64,000 nt of DNA from Nemertoderma westbladi (lineage: Eukaryota > Animalia > Xenacoelomorpha): contig JAUCBJ010001598.1 of assembly GCA_032718475.1 (NCBI GenBank), forward strand, positions 1-64,000. The letters run 5' to 3'. Position numbers and translations under genes: made by a program. The notes below the pieces were generated by a model, which worked only from the letters and a program-made list of their open reading frames with translations, was not told where the DNA came from and did no database searches. Below, in pieces: positions 24,513-38,597 of the stretch; position 1 is the stretch's first letter, and each line of letters starts with the position of its first letter.

Positions 24513-25991
24513 TAGATAGATTCTACCGAACAACAAGAGTCCCACAAGAAATGAAAACAAATAAGTTGGTACCAGTTCCCAAGAAGGGCAACCTAACACT
24601 CTATGGTTCTTTTCGGGGAATCTCATTGATCTCGATTGCTGCAAAGCTATACAATAGGATTCTATTAAATCGCATCAGGGATCCCATTGAGAGACTGCTC
24701 CGTGGAAATCAGAATGGGTTCCGTAAAGGTCGTGGGACCATGGAGCCCATTTTGGCACTTAGAAGGATAATTGAAGAGTTATCAAAAAAGAAAGACAGGC
24801 ATCTGGCTGTTATCTTTGTTGACTTCTTCAAGGCCTTTGATTCAGTCTCTCGCTTACGTATGTTCAGCGTACTTTCATTATATGGGATTCCAGATGAAAT
24901 TATTGCAGCAATCAGATCAGTATACGATGGTTCGACAACATTTGTGTCTACTGTTGACGGTGATCCGTCAAGTATCCGGTGACAGAACCATTTGAAGTGT
25001 TATGGGGCGTCCTCCAAGGAGACACACTTGCACCATTCTTGTTCATTATTGTGGTTGACTATGTTCTACGCATGTCTTTAGATCATTATAATGATGATGG
25101 GGTGATGATAACTCCACCTACTGGCTCCAGAAGTCGAGGAAATCCTGCCAAGTACCTAACTGATCTAGACTTTGCTGATGACTTAGGAGTACTCTCAGAA
25201 TCATTAGAGGGAGCCCAACGGCTCCTCAGCTCATTAGAACATGCTGCTTCTAGTGTTGGTCTTTTTATTAACTCCAGAAAGACCAAAATTCTGACAGTTA
25301 ACTTTGAAAGTCCTCAGCAAGTCTCTGATCGGATGAGCATAAGCTCAAAGGATGGTATGCTTGAGCATGTGGACGACTTCTGTTACCTGGGATCATGGAT
25401 CCGGAAGTCAGGTGAGGACCTTCGAATACGTAAGGGAAAGGCATGGGCAGCCTTGAATAGGCTTTCCAGGATTTGGAAGTCACCGAGAATTAATCGGAAA
25501 CTTAAGGTCCGATTATTTAGAGCAGCAGTAGTTCCAGTACTCCTCTACGGGAGTCCATGCTGGGCTCTAACTGCTGAGGACACCAAATCTCTGGATGGCA
25601 CATTCACAAGAATGCTACGCCGGGTTCATTGTGTCAAGTACAATGCACACATCTCCAACCAGACACTATATAACATTGGAGGTGTCTCATTGGTTCCCCC
25701 AAGCTTGATACTAGAACAAAATCGCCTCCGCTTTGCAGGACATTGCTTTCGCCGTGAGGACCAGCCAGTGCATAATCTTGTACTTTGGCAGCCTCATGGA
25801 GTGAATAAGCATGGTGGACAGCCCATGACTTTCTTGAGACGCATCTTAAAGGACACTGGCCTTAAAGATGCGGATGATCTAGCAAATGTCATGGGTGATA
25901 GGGAGTTGTGGCGGTGCAATTTTGTTGACAAGCCGGCACAGCATTCTTAAAAATGCAGCTGCAATGCAGCATGCCGATCCTAGTAGTAGTA
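24513..25991 (+). mobile_element. 5'-truncated RTE-clade LINE inserted in the satellite, 11-bp TSD
   Basis: RT motifs VPVPKKG, RGISL, QNGFRKGRGT, FVDFFKAFDSV, GVLQGDTLAP, FADD. Frameshift at about 24979. (TAG)n tail. GACCTCCTCCA at 24502-24512 and 25992-26002. Confidence 0.93.
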
Positions 25992-28900
25992 GACCTCCTC
26001 CAGTGGTTCCTCCCTACCTGTATAGATATACTAGTACACTTTTCTTTGAACTCCTCCAGTGGTTCCTCCCTATCGGTATAGATATACTAGTACACTTTTC
26101 TTTGAACTCCTCCAGTGGTTCCTTCCTACCTGTATAGATATACTAGTACACTTTTCTTTGACCTCCTCCAGTGGTTTCTCCCTACCTGTATAGATATACT
26201 AGTACACTTTTCTTTGAACTCCTCCAGTGGTTCCTCCCTACCTGTATAGATATACTAGTACACTTTTCTTTGACCTCCTCCAGTGGTTCCTCCCTACCTG
26301 TATAGATATACTAGTACACTTTTCTTTGAACTCCTCCAGTGGTTCCTCCCTACCTGTATAGATATACTAGTACACTTTTCTTTGAAAGTCTCCAGTGGTT
26401 CCTCCCTACCTGTATAGATATACTTGTACAATTTTCTTTGTAGGTCTCCAGTGGTTCCTCCCTACCTGTATAGATATACTAGTACACTTTTCTTTGAAGG
26501 CCTCCAGTGGTTCCTTCCTACCTGTATAGATATACTAGTACACTTTTCTTTGAACTCCTCCAGTGGTTCCTCCCTACCTGTATAGATATACTAGTACACT
26601 TTTCTTTGAAAGTCTCCAGTGGTTCCTCCCTACCTGTATAGATATACTTGTACAATTTTCTTTGTAGGTCTCCAGTGGTTCCTCCCTACCTGTATAGATA
26701 TACTAGTACACTTTTCTTTGAAGGCCTCCAGTGGTTCCTCCCTACCTGTATAGATATACTAGTACACTTTTCTTTGAAGGCCTCCAGTGGTTCCTCCCTA
26801 CCTATATATATATATACTAGCACACTTTTCTTTGAAGGTCTCCAGTGGTTCCTTCCTACCTGTATAGATAGTAAACTTTTCTTTGACCTCCTCCAGTGGT
26901 TCCTCCCTACCTGTATAGATATACTAGTACACTTTTCTTTGAAGGCCTCCAGTGGTTCCTCCCTGCCTGTATAGATATACTAGTACACTTTCCTTTGACC
27001 GCCTCCAGTGGTTCCTTCCTACCTGTATAGCTAGTACACTTTTCTTTGACCTCCTCCAGTGGTTCCCCCCTACCTGTATAGATATACTAGTACACTTTTC
27101 TTTGAAGGCCTCCAGTGGTTCCTCCCTACCTGTATAGATAGATATACTAGTACACTTTTCTTTGAAGGCCTCCAGTGGTTCCTCAAGATATACTAGTACA
27201 CGTCTCTTTGAAGGCCTGCAGTGGTTCCTCCCTACCGTATATATATACTAGTACACTTTTCTTTGAAAGCCTCCGCAGTGGTTCCATCCTACCTGTATAT
27301 CTAGTACACTTTTCTTTAAACTCCTCCAATGGTTCCTCCCTATCTGTATAGATAGATATACTAGTACACTCCTCCAGCGGTTCCTCCCTACCTGTATAAT
27401 ACTAGTACACTTTTCTTTGACCTCCTACAGTGGTTCCTCCCTACCTGTATAGATATACTAGTACACTTTTCTTTGAACTCCTCCAGTGGTTCCTCCCTAC
27501 CGGTATAGATATACTAGTACACTTTTCTTTGACCTCCTCCAGTGGTTCCTTCCTACCTGTATAGATAGTACACTTTTCTTTCAAGGCCTCCAGTGGTTCC
27601 TCCCTACCTGTATAGATAGATATACTAGTACACTTTTCTTTGACCTCCTCCAGTGGTCTCTCCCTACCTGTATAGATAGATATACTAGTAAACTTTTCTT
27701 TGAACTCCTCCAGTGGTTCCTCCCTACCTGTATAGATATACTAGTACACTTTTCTTTGAACTCCTCCTGTGTAGTTCCTCCCTACCTGTATAGATACTAG
27801 TACACTTTTCTTTGAAGGTCTCCAGTGGTTCCTTCCTACCTGTATATATATACTAGTACACTTTTCTTTGACCTCCTCCAGTGGTTCCTCCCTACCTGTT
27901 CTTTGAAGGCCTCCAGTGGTTCCTCCCTACCTGTATAGATATACTAGTACACTTTTCTTTGAACTCCTCCAGTGGTTCCTCCCTATCGGTATAGATATAC
28001 TAGTAAACTTTTCTTTGAAGGTCTCCAGTGGTTCCTTCCTACCTGTATAGATATACTAGTACACTTTTCTTTGAACTCCTCCAGTGGTTCCTCCCTACCT
28101 GTATAGATATACTAGTACACTTTTATTTGAAGGTCTCCAGTGGTTCCTTCCTACCTGTATAGATATACTAGTACACTTTTCTTTGAACTCCTCCAGTGGT
28201 TCCTCCCTACCTGTATAGATATACTAGTACACTTTTCTTTGACCTCCTCCAGTGGTTCCTTCCTACCTGTATAGATAGATATACTAGTACACTTTTCTTT
28301 GACCTCCTCCAGTGGTCTCTCCCTACCTGTATAGATAGATATACTAGTACACTTTTCTTTGAAGGCCTCCAGTGGTTCCTCCCTACCTGTATAGATAGAT
28401 ATACTAGTACACTTTTCTTTGAAGGCCTCCAGTGGTTCCTCAAGATATACTAGTACACGTCTCTTTGAAGGCCTGCAGTGGTTCCTCCCTACCGTATATA
28501 TATACTAGTACACTTTTCTTTGAAAGCCTCCGCAGTGGTTCCATCCTACCTGTATATCTAGTACACTTTTCTTTAAACTCCTCCAATGGTTCCTCCCAAT
28601 CTGTATAGATAGATATACTAGTACACTCCTCCAGCGGTTCCTCCCTACCTGTATAATACTAGTACACTTTTCTTTGACCTCCTACAGTGGTTCCTCCCTA
28701 CCTGTATAGATATACTAGTACACTTTTCTTTGAACTCCTCCAGTGGTTCCTCCCTACCGGTATAGATATACTAGTACACTTTTCTTTGACCTCCTCCAGT
28801 GGTTCCTTCCTACCTGTATAGATAGTACACTTTTCTTTCAAGGCCTCCAGTGGTTCCTCCCTACCTGTATAGATAGATATACTAGTACACTTTTCTTTGA

Positions 28901-31900
28901 CCTCCTCCAGTGGTCTCTCCCTACCTGTATAGATAGATATACTAGTAAACTTTTCTTTGAACTCCTCCAGTGGTTCCTCCCTACCTGTATAGATATACTA
29001 GTACACTTTTCTTTGAACTCCTCCTGTGTAGTTCCTCCCTACCTGTATAGATACTAGTACACTTTTCTTTGAAGGTCTCCAGTGGTTCCTTCCTACCTGT
29101 ATATATATACTAGTACACTTTTCTTTGACCTCCTCCAGTGGTTCCTCCCTACCTGTTCTTTGAAGGCCTCCAGTGGTTCCTCCCTACCTGTATAGATATA
29201 CTAGTACACTTTTCTTTGAACTCCTCCAGTGGTTCCTCCCTATCGGTATAGATATACTAGTACACTTTTCTTTGAAGGTCTCCAGTGGTTCCTTCCTACC
29301 TGTATAGATATACTAGTACACTTTTCTTTGAACTCCTCCAGTGGTTCCTCCCTACCTGTATAGATATACTAGTACACTTTTATTTGAAGGTCTCCAGTGG
29401 TTCCTTCCTACCTGTATAGATATACTAGTACACTTTTCTTTGAACTCCTCCAGTGGTTCCTCCCTACCTGTATAGATATACTAGTACACTTTTCTTTGAC
29501 CTCCTCCAGTGGTTCCTTCCTACCTGTATAGATAGATATACTAGTACACTTTTCTTTGACCTCCTCCAGTGGTCTCTCCCTACCTGTATAGATAGATATA
29601 CTAGTACACTTTTCTTTGAAGGCCTCCAGTGGTTCCTCCCTACCTGTATAGATAGATATACTAGTACACTTTTCTTTGAAGGCCTCCAGTGGTTCCTCAA
29701 GATATACTAGTACACGTCTCTTTGAAGGCCTGCAGTGGTTCCTCCCTACCGTATATATATACTAGTACACTTTTCTTTGAAAGCCTCCGCAGTGGTTCCA
29801 TCCTACCTGTATATCTAGTACACTTTTCTTTAAACTCCTCCAATGGTTCCTCCCTATCTGTATAGATAGATATACTAGTACACTCCTCCAGCGGTTCCTC
29901 CCTACCTGTATAATACTAGTACACTTTTCTTTGACCTCCTACAGTGGTTCCTCCCTACCTGTATAGATATACTAGTACACTTTTCTTTGAACTCCTCCAG
30001 TGGTTCCTCCCTACCGGTATAGATATACTAGTACACTTTTCTTTGACCTCCTCCAGTGGTTCCTTCCTACCTGTATAGATAGTACACTTTTCTTTCAAGG
30101 CCTCCAGTGGTTCCTCCCTACCTGTATAGAAAGATATACTAGTACACTTTTCTTTGACCTCCTCCAGTGGTCTCTCCCTACCTGTATAGATAGATATACT
30201 AGTAAACTTTTCTTTGAACTCCTCCAGTGGTTCCTCCCTACCTGTATAGATATACTAGTACACTTTTCTTTGAACTCCTCCTGTGTAGTTCCTCCCTACC
30301 TGTATAGATACTAGTACACTTTTCTTTGAAGGTCTCCAGTGGTTCCTTCCTACCTGTATATATATACTAGTACACTTTTCTTTGACCTCCTCCAGTGGTT
30401 CCTCCCTACCTGTTCTTTGAAGGCCTCCAGTGGTTCCTCCCTACCTGTATAGATATACTAGTACACTTTTCTTTGAACTCCTCCAGTGGTTCCTCCCTAT
30501 CGGTATAGATATACTAGTACACTTTTCTTTGAAGGTCTCCAGTGGTTCCTTCCTACCTGTATAGATATACTAGTACACTTTTCTTTGAACTCCTCCAGTG
30601 GTTCCTCCCTACCTGCATAGATATACTAGTACACTTTTATTTGAAGGTCTCCAGTGGTTCCTTCCTACCTGTATAGATATACTAGTACACTTTTCTTTGA
30701 ACTCCTCCAGTGGTTCCTCCCTACCTGTATAGATATACTAGTACACTTTTCTTTGACCTCCTCCAGTGGTTCCTTCCTACCTGTATAGATAGATATACTA
30801 GTACACTTTTCTTTGACCTCCTCCAGTGGTCTCTCCCTACCTGTATAGATAGATATACTAGTACACTTTTCTTTGAAGGCCTCCAGTGGTTCCTCCCTAC
30901 CTGTATAGATAGATATACTAGTACACTTTTCTTTGAAGGCCTCCAGTGGTTCCTCAAGATATACTAGTACACGTCTCTTTGAAGGCCTGCAGTGGTTCCT
31001 CCCTACCGTATATATATACTAGTACACTTTTCTTTGAAAGCCTCCGCAGTGGTTCCATCCTACCTGTATATCTAGTACACTTTTCTTTAAACTCCTCCAA
31101 TGGTTCCTCCCTATCTGTATAGATAGATATACTAGTACACTCCTCCAGCGGTTCCTCCCTACCTGTATAATACTAGTACACTTTTCTTTGACCTCCTACA
31201 GTGGTTCCTCCCTACCTGTATAGATATACTAGTACACTTTTCTTTGAACTCCTCCAGTGGTTCCTCCCTACCGGTATAGATATACTAGTACACTTTTCTT
31301 TGACCTCCTCCAGTGGTTCCTTCCTACCTGTATAGATAGTACACTTTTCTTTCAAGGCCTCCAGTGGTTCCTCCCTACCTGTATAGATAGATATACTAGT
31401 ACACTTTTCTTTGACCTCCTCCAGTGGTCTCTCCCTACCTGTATAGATAGATATACTAGTAAACTTTTCTTTGAACTCCTCCAGTGGTTCCTCCCTACCT
31501 GTATAGATATACTAGTACACTTTTCTTTGAACTCCTCCTGTGTAGTTCCTCCCTACCTGTATAGATACTAGTACACTTTTCTTTGAAGGTCTCCAGTGGT
31601 TCCTTCCTACCTGTATATATATACTAGTACACTTTTCTTTGACCTCCTCCAGTGGTTCCTCCCTACCTGTTCTTTGAAGGCCTCCAGTGGTTCCTCCCTA
31701 CCTGTATAGATATACTAGTACACTTTTCTTTGAACTCCTCCAGTGGTTCCTCCCTATCGGTATAGATATACTAGTACACTTTTCTTTGAAGGTCTCCAGT
31801 GGTTCCTTCCTACCTGTATAGATATACTAGTACACTTTTCTTTGAACTCCTCCAGTGGTTCCTCCCTACCTGTATAGATATACTAGCACACTTTTATTTG

Positions 31901-34900
31901 AAGGTCTCCAGTGGTTCCTTCCTACCTGTATAGATATACTAGTACACTTTTCTTTGAACTCCTCCAGTGGTTCCTCCCTACCTGTATAGATATACTAGTA
32001 CACTTTTCTTTGACCTCCTCCAGTGGTTCCTTCCTACCTGTATAGATAGATATACTAGTACACTTTTCTTTGACCTCCTCCAGTGGTCTCTCCCTACCTG
32101 TATAGATAGATATACTAGTACACTTTTCTTTGAAGGCCTCCAGTGGTTCCTCCCTACCTGTATAGATAGATATACTAGTACACTTTTCTTTGAAGGCCTC
32201 CAGTGGTTCCTCAAGATATACTAGTACACGTCTCTTTGAAGGCCTGCAGTGGTTCCTCCCTACCGTATATATATACTAGTACACTTTTCTTTGAAAGCCT
32301 CCGCAGTGGTTCCATCCTACCTGTATATCTAGTACACTTTTCTTTAAACTCCTCCAATGGTTCCTCCCTATCTGTATAGATAGATATACTAGTACACTCC
32401 TCCAGCGGTTCCTCCCTACCTGTATAATACTAGTACACTTTTCTTTGACCTCCTACAGTGGTTCCTCCCTACCTGTATAGATATACTAGTACACTTTTCT
32501 TTGAACTCCTCCAGTGGTTCCTCCCTACCGGTATAGATATACTAGTACACTTTTCTTTGACCTCCTCCAGTGGTTCCTTCCTACCTGTATAGATAGTACA
32601 CTTTTCTTTCAAGGCCTCCAGTGGTTCCTCCCTACCTGTATAGATAGATATACTAGTACACTTTTCTTTGACCTCCTCCAGTGGTCTCTCCCTACCTGTA
32701 TAGATAGATATACTAGTAAACTTTTCTTTGAACTCCTCCAGTGGTTCCTCCCTACCTGTATAGATATACTAGTACACTTTTCTTTGAACTCCTCCTGTGT
32801 AGTTCCTCCCTACCTGTATAGATACTAGTACACTTTTCTTTGAAGGTCTCCAGTGGTTCCTTCCTACCTGTATATATATACTAGTACACTTTTCTTTGAC
32901 CTCCTCCAGTGGTTCCTCCCTACCTGTTCTTTGAAGGCCTCCAGTGGTTCCTCCCTACCTGTATAGATATACTAGTACACTTTTCTTTGAACTCCTCCAG
33001 TGGTTCCTCCCTATCGGTATAGATATACTAGTACACTTTTCTTTGAAGGTCTCCAGTGGTTCCTTCCTACCTGTATAGATATACTAGTACACTTTTCTTT
33101 GAACTCCTCCAGTGGTTCCTCCCTACCTGCATAGATATACTAGTACACTTTTATTTGAAGGTCTCCAGTGGTTCCTTCCTACCTGTATAGATATACTAGT
33201 ACACTTTTCTTTGAACTCCTCCAGTGGTTCCTCCCTACCTGTATAGATATACTAGTACACTTTTCTTTGACCTCCTCCAGTGGTTCCTTCCTACCTGTAT
33301 AGATAGATATACTAGTACACTTTTCTTTGAAGGCCTCCAGTGGTTCCTCCCTACCTGTATAGATATACTAGTACACTTTTCTTTGACCTCCTCCAGTGGT
33401 CTCTCCCTACCTGTATAGATAGATATACTAGTACACTTTTCTTTGAAGGCCTCCAGTGGTTCCTCCCTACCTGTATAGATAGATATACTAGTACACTTTT
33501 CTTTGAAGGCCTCCAGTGGTTCCTCAAGATATACTAGTACACGTCTCTTTGAAGGCCTGCAGTGGTTCCTCCCTACCGTATATATATACTAGTACACTTT
33601 TCTTTGAAAGCCTCCGCAGTGGTTCCATCCTACCTGTATATCTAGTACACTTTTCTTTAAACTCCTCCAATGGTTCCTCCCTATCTGTATAGATAGATAT
33701 ACTAGTACACTCCTCCAGCGGTTCCTCCCTACCTGTATAATACTAGTACACTTTTCTTTGACCTCCTACAGTGGTTCCTCCCTACCTGTATAGATATACT
33801 AGTACACTTTTCTTTGAACTCCTCCAGTGGTTCCTCCCTACCGGTATAGATATACTAGTACACTTTTCTTTGACCTCCTCCAGTGGTTCCTTCCTACCTG
33901 TATAGATAGTACACTTTTCTTTCAAGGCCTCCAGTGGTTCCTCCCTACCTGTATAGATAGATATACTAGTACACTTTTCTTTGACCTCCTCCAGTGGTCT
34001 CTCCCTACCTGTATAGATAGATATACTAGTAAACTTTTCTTTGAACTCCTCCAGTGGTTCCTCCCTACCTGTATAGATATACTAGTACACTTTTCTTTGA
34101 ACTCCTCCTGTGTAGTTCCTCCCTACCTGTATAGATACTAGTACACTTTTCTTTGAAGGTCTCCAGTGGTTCCTTCCTACCTGTATATATATACTAGTAC
34201 ACTTTTCTTTGACCTCCTCCAGTGGTTCCTCCCTACCTGTTCTTTGAAGGCCTCCAGTGGTTCCTCCCTACCTGTATAGATATACTAGTACACTTTTCTT
34301 TGAACTCCTCCAGTGGTTCCTCCCTATCGGTATAGATATACTAGTACACTTTTCTTTGAAGGTCTCCAGTGGTTCCTTCCTACCTGTATAGATATACTAG
34401 TACACTTTTCTTTGAACTCCTCCAGTGGTTCCTCCCTACCTGTATAGATATACTAGTACACTTTTATTTGAAGGTCTCCAGTGGTTCCTTCCTACCTGTA
34501 TAGATATACTAGTACACTTTTCTTTGAACTCCTCCAGTGGTTCCTCCCTACCTGTATAGATATACTAGTACACTTTTCTTTGACCTCCTCCAGTGGTTCC
34601 TTCCTACCTGTATAGATAGATATACTAGTACACTTTTCTTTGACCTCCTCCAGTGGTCTCTCCCTACCTGTATAGATAGATATACTAGTACACTTTTCTT
34701 TGAAGGCCTCCAGTGGTTCCTCCCTACCTGTATAGATAGATATACTAGTACACTTTTCTTTGAAGGCCTCCAGTGGTTCCTCAAGATATACTAGTACACG
34801 TCTCTTTGAAGGCCTGCAGTGGTTCCTCCCTACCGTATATATATACTAGTACACTTTTCTTTGAAAGCCTCCGCAGTGGTTCCATCCTACCTGTATATCT

Positions 34901-37900
34901 AGTACACTTTTCTTTAAACTCCTCCAATGGTTCCTCCCTATCTGTATAGATAGATATACTAGTACACTCCTCCAGCGGTTCCTCCCTACCTGTATAATAC
35001 TAGTACACTTTTCTTTGACCTCCTACAGTGGTTCCTCCCTACCTGTATAGATATACTAGTACACTTTTCTTTGAACTCCTCCAGTGGTTCCTCCCTACCG
35101 GTATAGATATACTAGTACACTTTTCTTTGACCTCCTCCAGTGGTTCCTTCCTACCTGTATAGATAGTACACTTTTCTTTCAAGGCCTCCAGTGGTTCCTC
35201 CCTACCTGTATAGATAGATATACTAGTAAACTTTTCTTTGAACTCCTCCAGTGGTTCCTCCCTACCTGTATAGATATACTAGTACACTTTTCTTTGAACT
35301 CCTCCTGTGTAGTTCCTCCCTACCTGTATAGATACTAGTACACTTTTCTTTGAAGGTCTCCAGTGGTTCCTTCCTACCTGTATATATATACTAGTACACT
35401 TTTCTTTGACCTCCTCCAGTGGTTCCTCCCTACCTGTTCTTTGAAGGCCTCCAGTGGTTCCTCCCTACCTGTATAGATATACTAGTACACTTTTCTTTGA
35501 ACTCCTCCAGTGGTTCCTCCCTATCGGTATAGATATACTAGTACACTTTTCTTTGAAGGTCTCCAGTGGTTCCTTCCTACCTGTATAGATATACTAGTAC
35601 ACTTTTCTTTGACCTCCTCCAGTGGTTCCTCCCTACCTGTATAGATATACTAGTACACTTTTATTTGAAGGTCTCCAGTGGTTCCTTCCTACCTGTATAG
35701 ATATACTAGTACACTTTTCTTTGAACTCCTCCAGTGGTTCCTCCCTACCTGTATAGATATACTAGTACACTTTTCTTTGACCTCCTCCAGTGGTTCCTTC
35801 CTACCTGTATAGATAGATATACTAGTACACTTTTCTTTGACCTCCTCCAGTGGTCTCTCCCTACCTGTATAGATAGATATACTAGTACACTTTTCTTTGA
35901 AGGCCTCCAGTGGTTCCTCCCTACCTGTATAGATAGATATACTAGTACACTTTTCTTTGAAGGCCTCCAGTGGTTCCTCAAGATATACTAGTACACGTCT
36001 CTTTGAAGGCCTGCAGTGGTTCCTCCCTACCGTATATATATACTAGTACACTTTTCTTTGAAAGCCTCCGCAGTGGTTCCATCCTACCTGTATATCTAGT
36101 ACACTTTTCTTTAAACTCCTCCAATGGTTCCTCCCTATCTGTATAGATAGATATACTAGTACACTCCTCCAGCGGTTCCTCCCTACCTGTATAGATATAC
36201 TAGTACACTTTTCTTTGAACTCCTCCTGTGTAGTTCCTCCCTACCTGTATAGATACTAGTACACTTTTCTTTGAAGGTCTCCAGTGGTTCCTTCCTACCT
36301 GTATATATATACTAGTACACTTTTCTTTGACCTCCTCCAGTGGTTCCTCCCTACCTGTTCTTTGAAGGCCTCCAGTGGTTCCTCCCTACCTGTATAGATA
36401 TACTAGTACACTTTTCTTTGAACTCCTCCAGTGGTTCCTCCCTATCGGTATAGATATACTAGTACACTTTTCTTTGAAGGTCTCCAGTGGTTCCTTCCTA
36501 CCTGTATAGATATACTAGTACACGTCTCTTTGAAGGCCTGCAGTGGTTCCTCCCTACCGTATATATATACTAGTACACTTTTCTTTGAAAGCCTCCGCAG
36601 TGGTTCCATCCTACCTGTATATCTAGTACACTTTTCTTTAAACTCCTCCAATGGTTCCTCCCTATCTGTATAGATAGATATACTAGTACACTCCTCCAGC
36701 GGTTCCTCCCTACCTGTATAATACTAGTACACTTTTCTTTGACCTCCTACAGTGGTTCCTCCCTACCTGTATAGATATACTAGTACACTTTTCTTTGAAC
36801 TCCTCCAGTGGTTCCTCCCTACCGGTATAGATATACTAGTACACTTTTCTTTGACCTCCTCCAGTGGTTCCTTCCTACCTGTATAGATAGTACACTTTTC
36901 TTTCAAGGCCTCCAGTGGTTCCTCCCTACCTGTATAGATAGATATACTAGTACACTTTTCTTTGACCTCCTCCAGTGGTCTCTCCCTACCTGTATAGATA
37001 GATATACTAGTAAACTTTTCTTTGAACTCCTCCAGTGGTTCCTCCCTACCTGTATAGATATACTAGTACACTTTTCTTTGAACTCCTCCTGTGTAGTTCC
37101 TCCCTACCTGTATAGATACTAGTACACTTTTCTTTGAAGGTCTCCAGTGGTTCCTTCCTACCTGTATATATATACTAGTACACTTTTCTTTGACCTCCTC
37201 CAGTGGTTCCTCCCTACCTGTTCTTTGAAGGCCTCCAGTGGTTCCTCCCTACCTGTATAGATATACTAGTACACTTTTCTTTGAACTCCTCCAGTGGTTC
37301 CTCCCTATCGGTATAGATATACTAGTACACTTTTCTTTGAAGGTCTCCAGTGGTTCCTTCCTACCTGTATAGATATACTAGTACACTTTTCTTTGAACTC
37401 CTCCAGTGGTTCCTCCCTACCTGTATAGATATACTAGTACACTTTTATTTGAAGGTCTCCAGTGGTTCCTTCCTACTTGTATAGATATACTAGTACACTT
37501 TTCTTTGAACTCCTCCAGTGGTTCCTCCCTACCTGTATAGATATACTAGTACACTTTTATTTGAAGGTCTCCAGTGGTTCCTCCCTACCTGTATAGATAT
37601 ACTAGTACACTTTTCTTTGAAGGTCTCCAGTGGTTCCTTCATACCTGTATAGATATACTAGTACACTTTTCTTTGACCTCCTCCAGTGGTTCCTCCCTAC
37701 CGGTATAGATATACTAGTACACTTTTCTTTGAACTCTTCCAGTGGTTCCTCCCTAACTGTATAGATACTAGTACACTTTTCTTTGACCTCCTCCAGTGGT
37801 CTCTCCCTACCTGTATAGATAGATATACTAGTAAACTTTTCTTTGAAGACCTCCAGTGGTTCCTTCCTACCTGTATAGATGATATACTAGTACACTTTTC

Positions 37901-38138
37901 TTTGACCTCCTCCAGTGGTTCCTCAAGATATACTAGTACACTTTTCTTTGAACTCCTCAAGTGATTCCTCCCTACCTGGATAGATACTACTGTTACTGTA
38001 GTACACTTTTCTTTGAATACTCCCCCAGTGGTTCCTCCCTACCTGTATAGATACTACATGTAGTACACTTTTCTTTGAAGGACTCCAGTGGTTCCTCCCT
38101 ACCTGTATAATACTAGTACACTTTTCTTGGAAGACCTC

Positions 38139-38574
38139 TGTAACAGGCTGAGATAACTCCCCACCAAATATGATTCCCCAGTCTTCTCAGCCTAGGCTGA
38201 GAACACTCCCCAGTTGTCTCCCTATATTTCTCAATTAACGGAAAGAAGCAGGTTACATATTGGCGGGCTTTTCTAACCAAAACAATAAACGATAACTCAA
38301 TAACATAGGTTACAGTTTTATTTTTGCTATATACGAAAATAACACAGGTACGGATATGAATAATAACTCAATTAGGGGAGTCATCTCAGCCTAAGGGGAG
38401 TCATCTCAGCCTAAGGGGAGTCATCTCAGCCTAAGCTAAGGTAGTGTTCTCAGCCTAGGCTGAGATAATTGGGGAGTGTTCTCAGCTTAGGCTGAGATAA
38501 CTGGGGAGTGTTCTCAGCCTAGGCTGAGATGACTGGGTAGTCATTTCAAGAGGGAGTTTTCTCAGCCTTGTACA
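38139..38574. mobile_element. Non-autonomous TIR element with TGT...ACA ends and 4-bp TSD (Ginger-like)
   Basis: tgtaacaggctgagataactcc versus the reverse complement of ggagttttctcagccttgtaca. CCTC at 38135-38138 and 38575-38578. Internal ctcagcctaggctgag palindromes. Internal segment is related to about 10480-10560. Confidence 0.7.
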
Positions 38575-38597
38575 CCTCCAGTGGCTCCTCCCTATAC

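Noticed and set aside
22261-37964. Dozens of MVPPYLYRY... ORFs
   Set aside because: These are artefacts of the 56-bp satellite, mostly antisense to the meaningful DRC3 frame.
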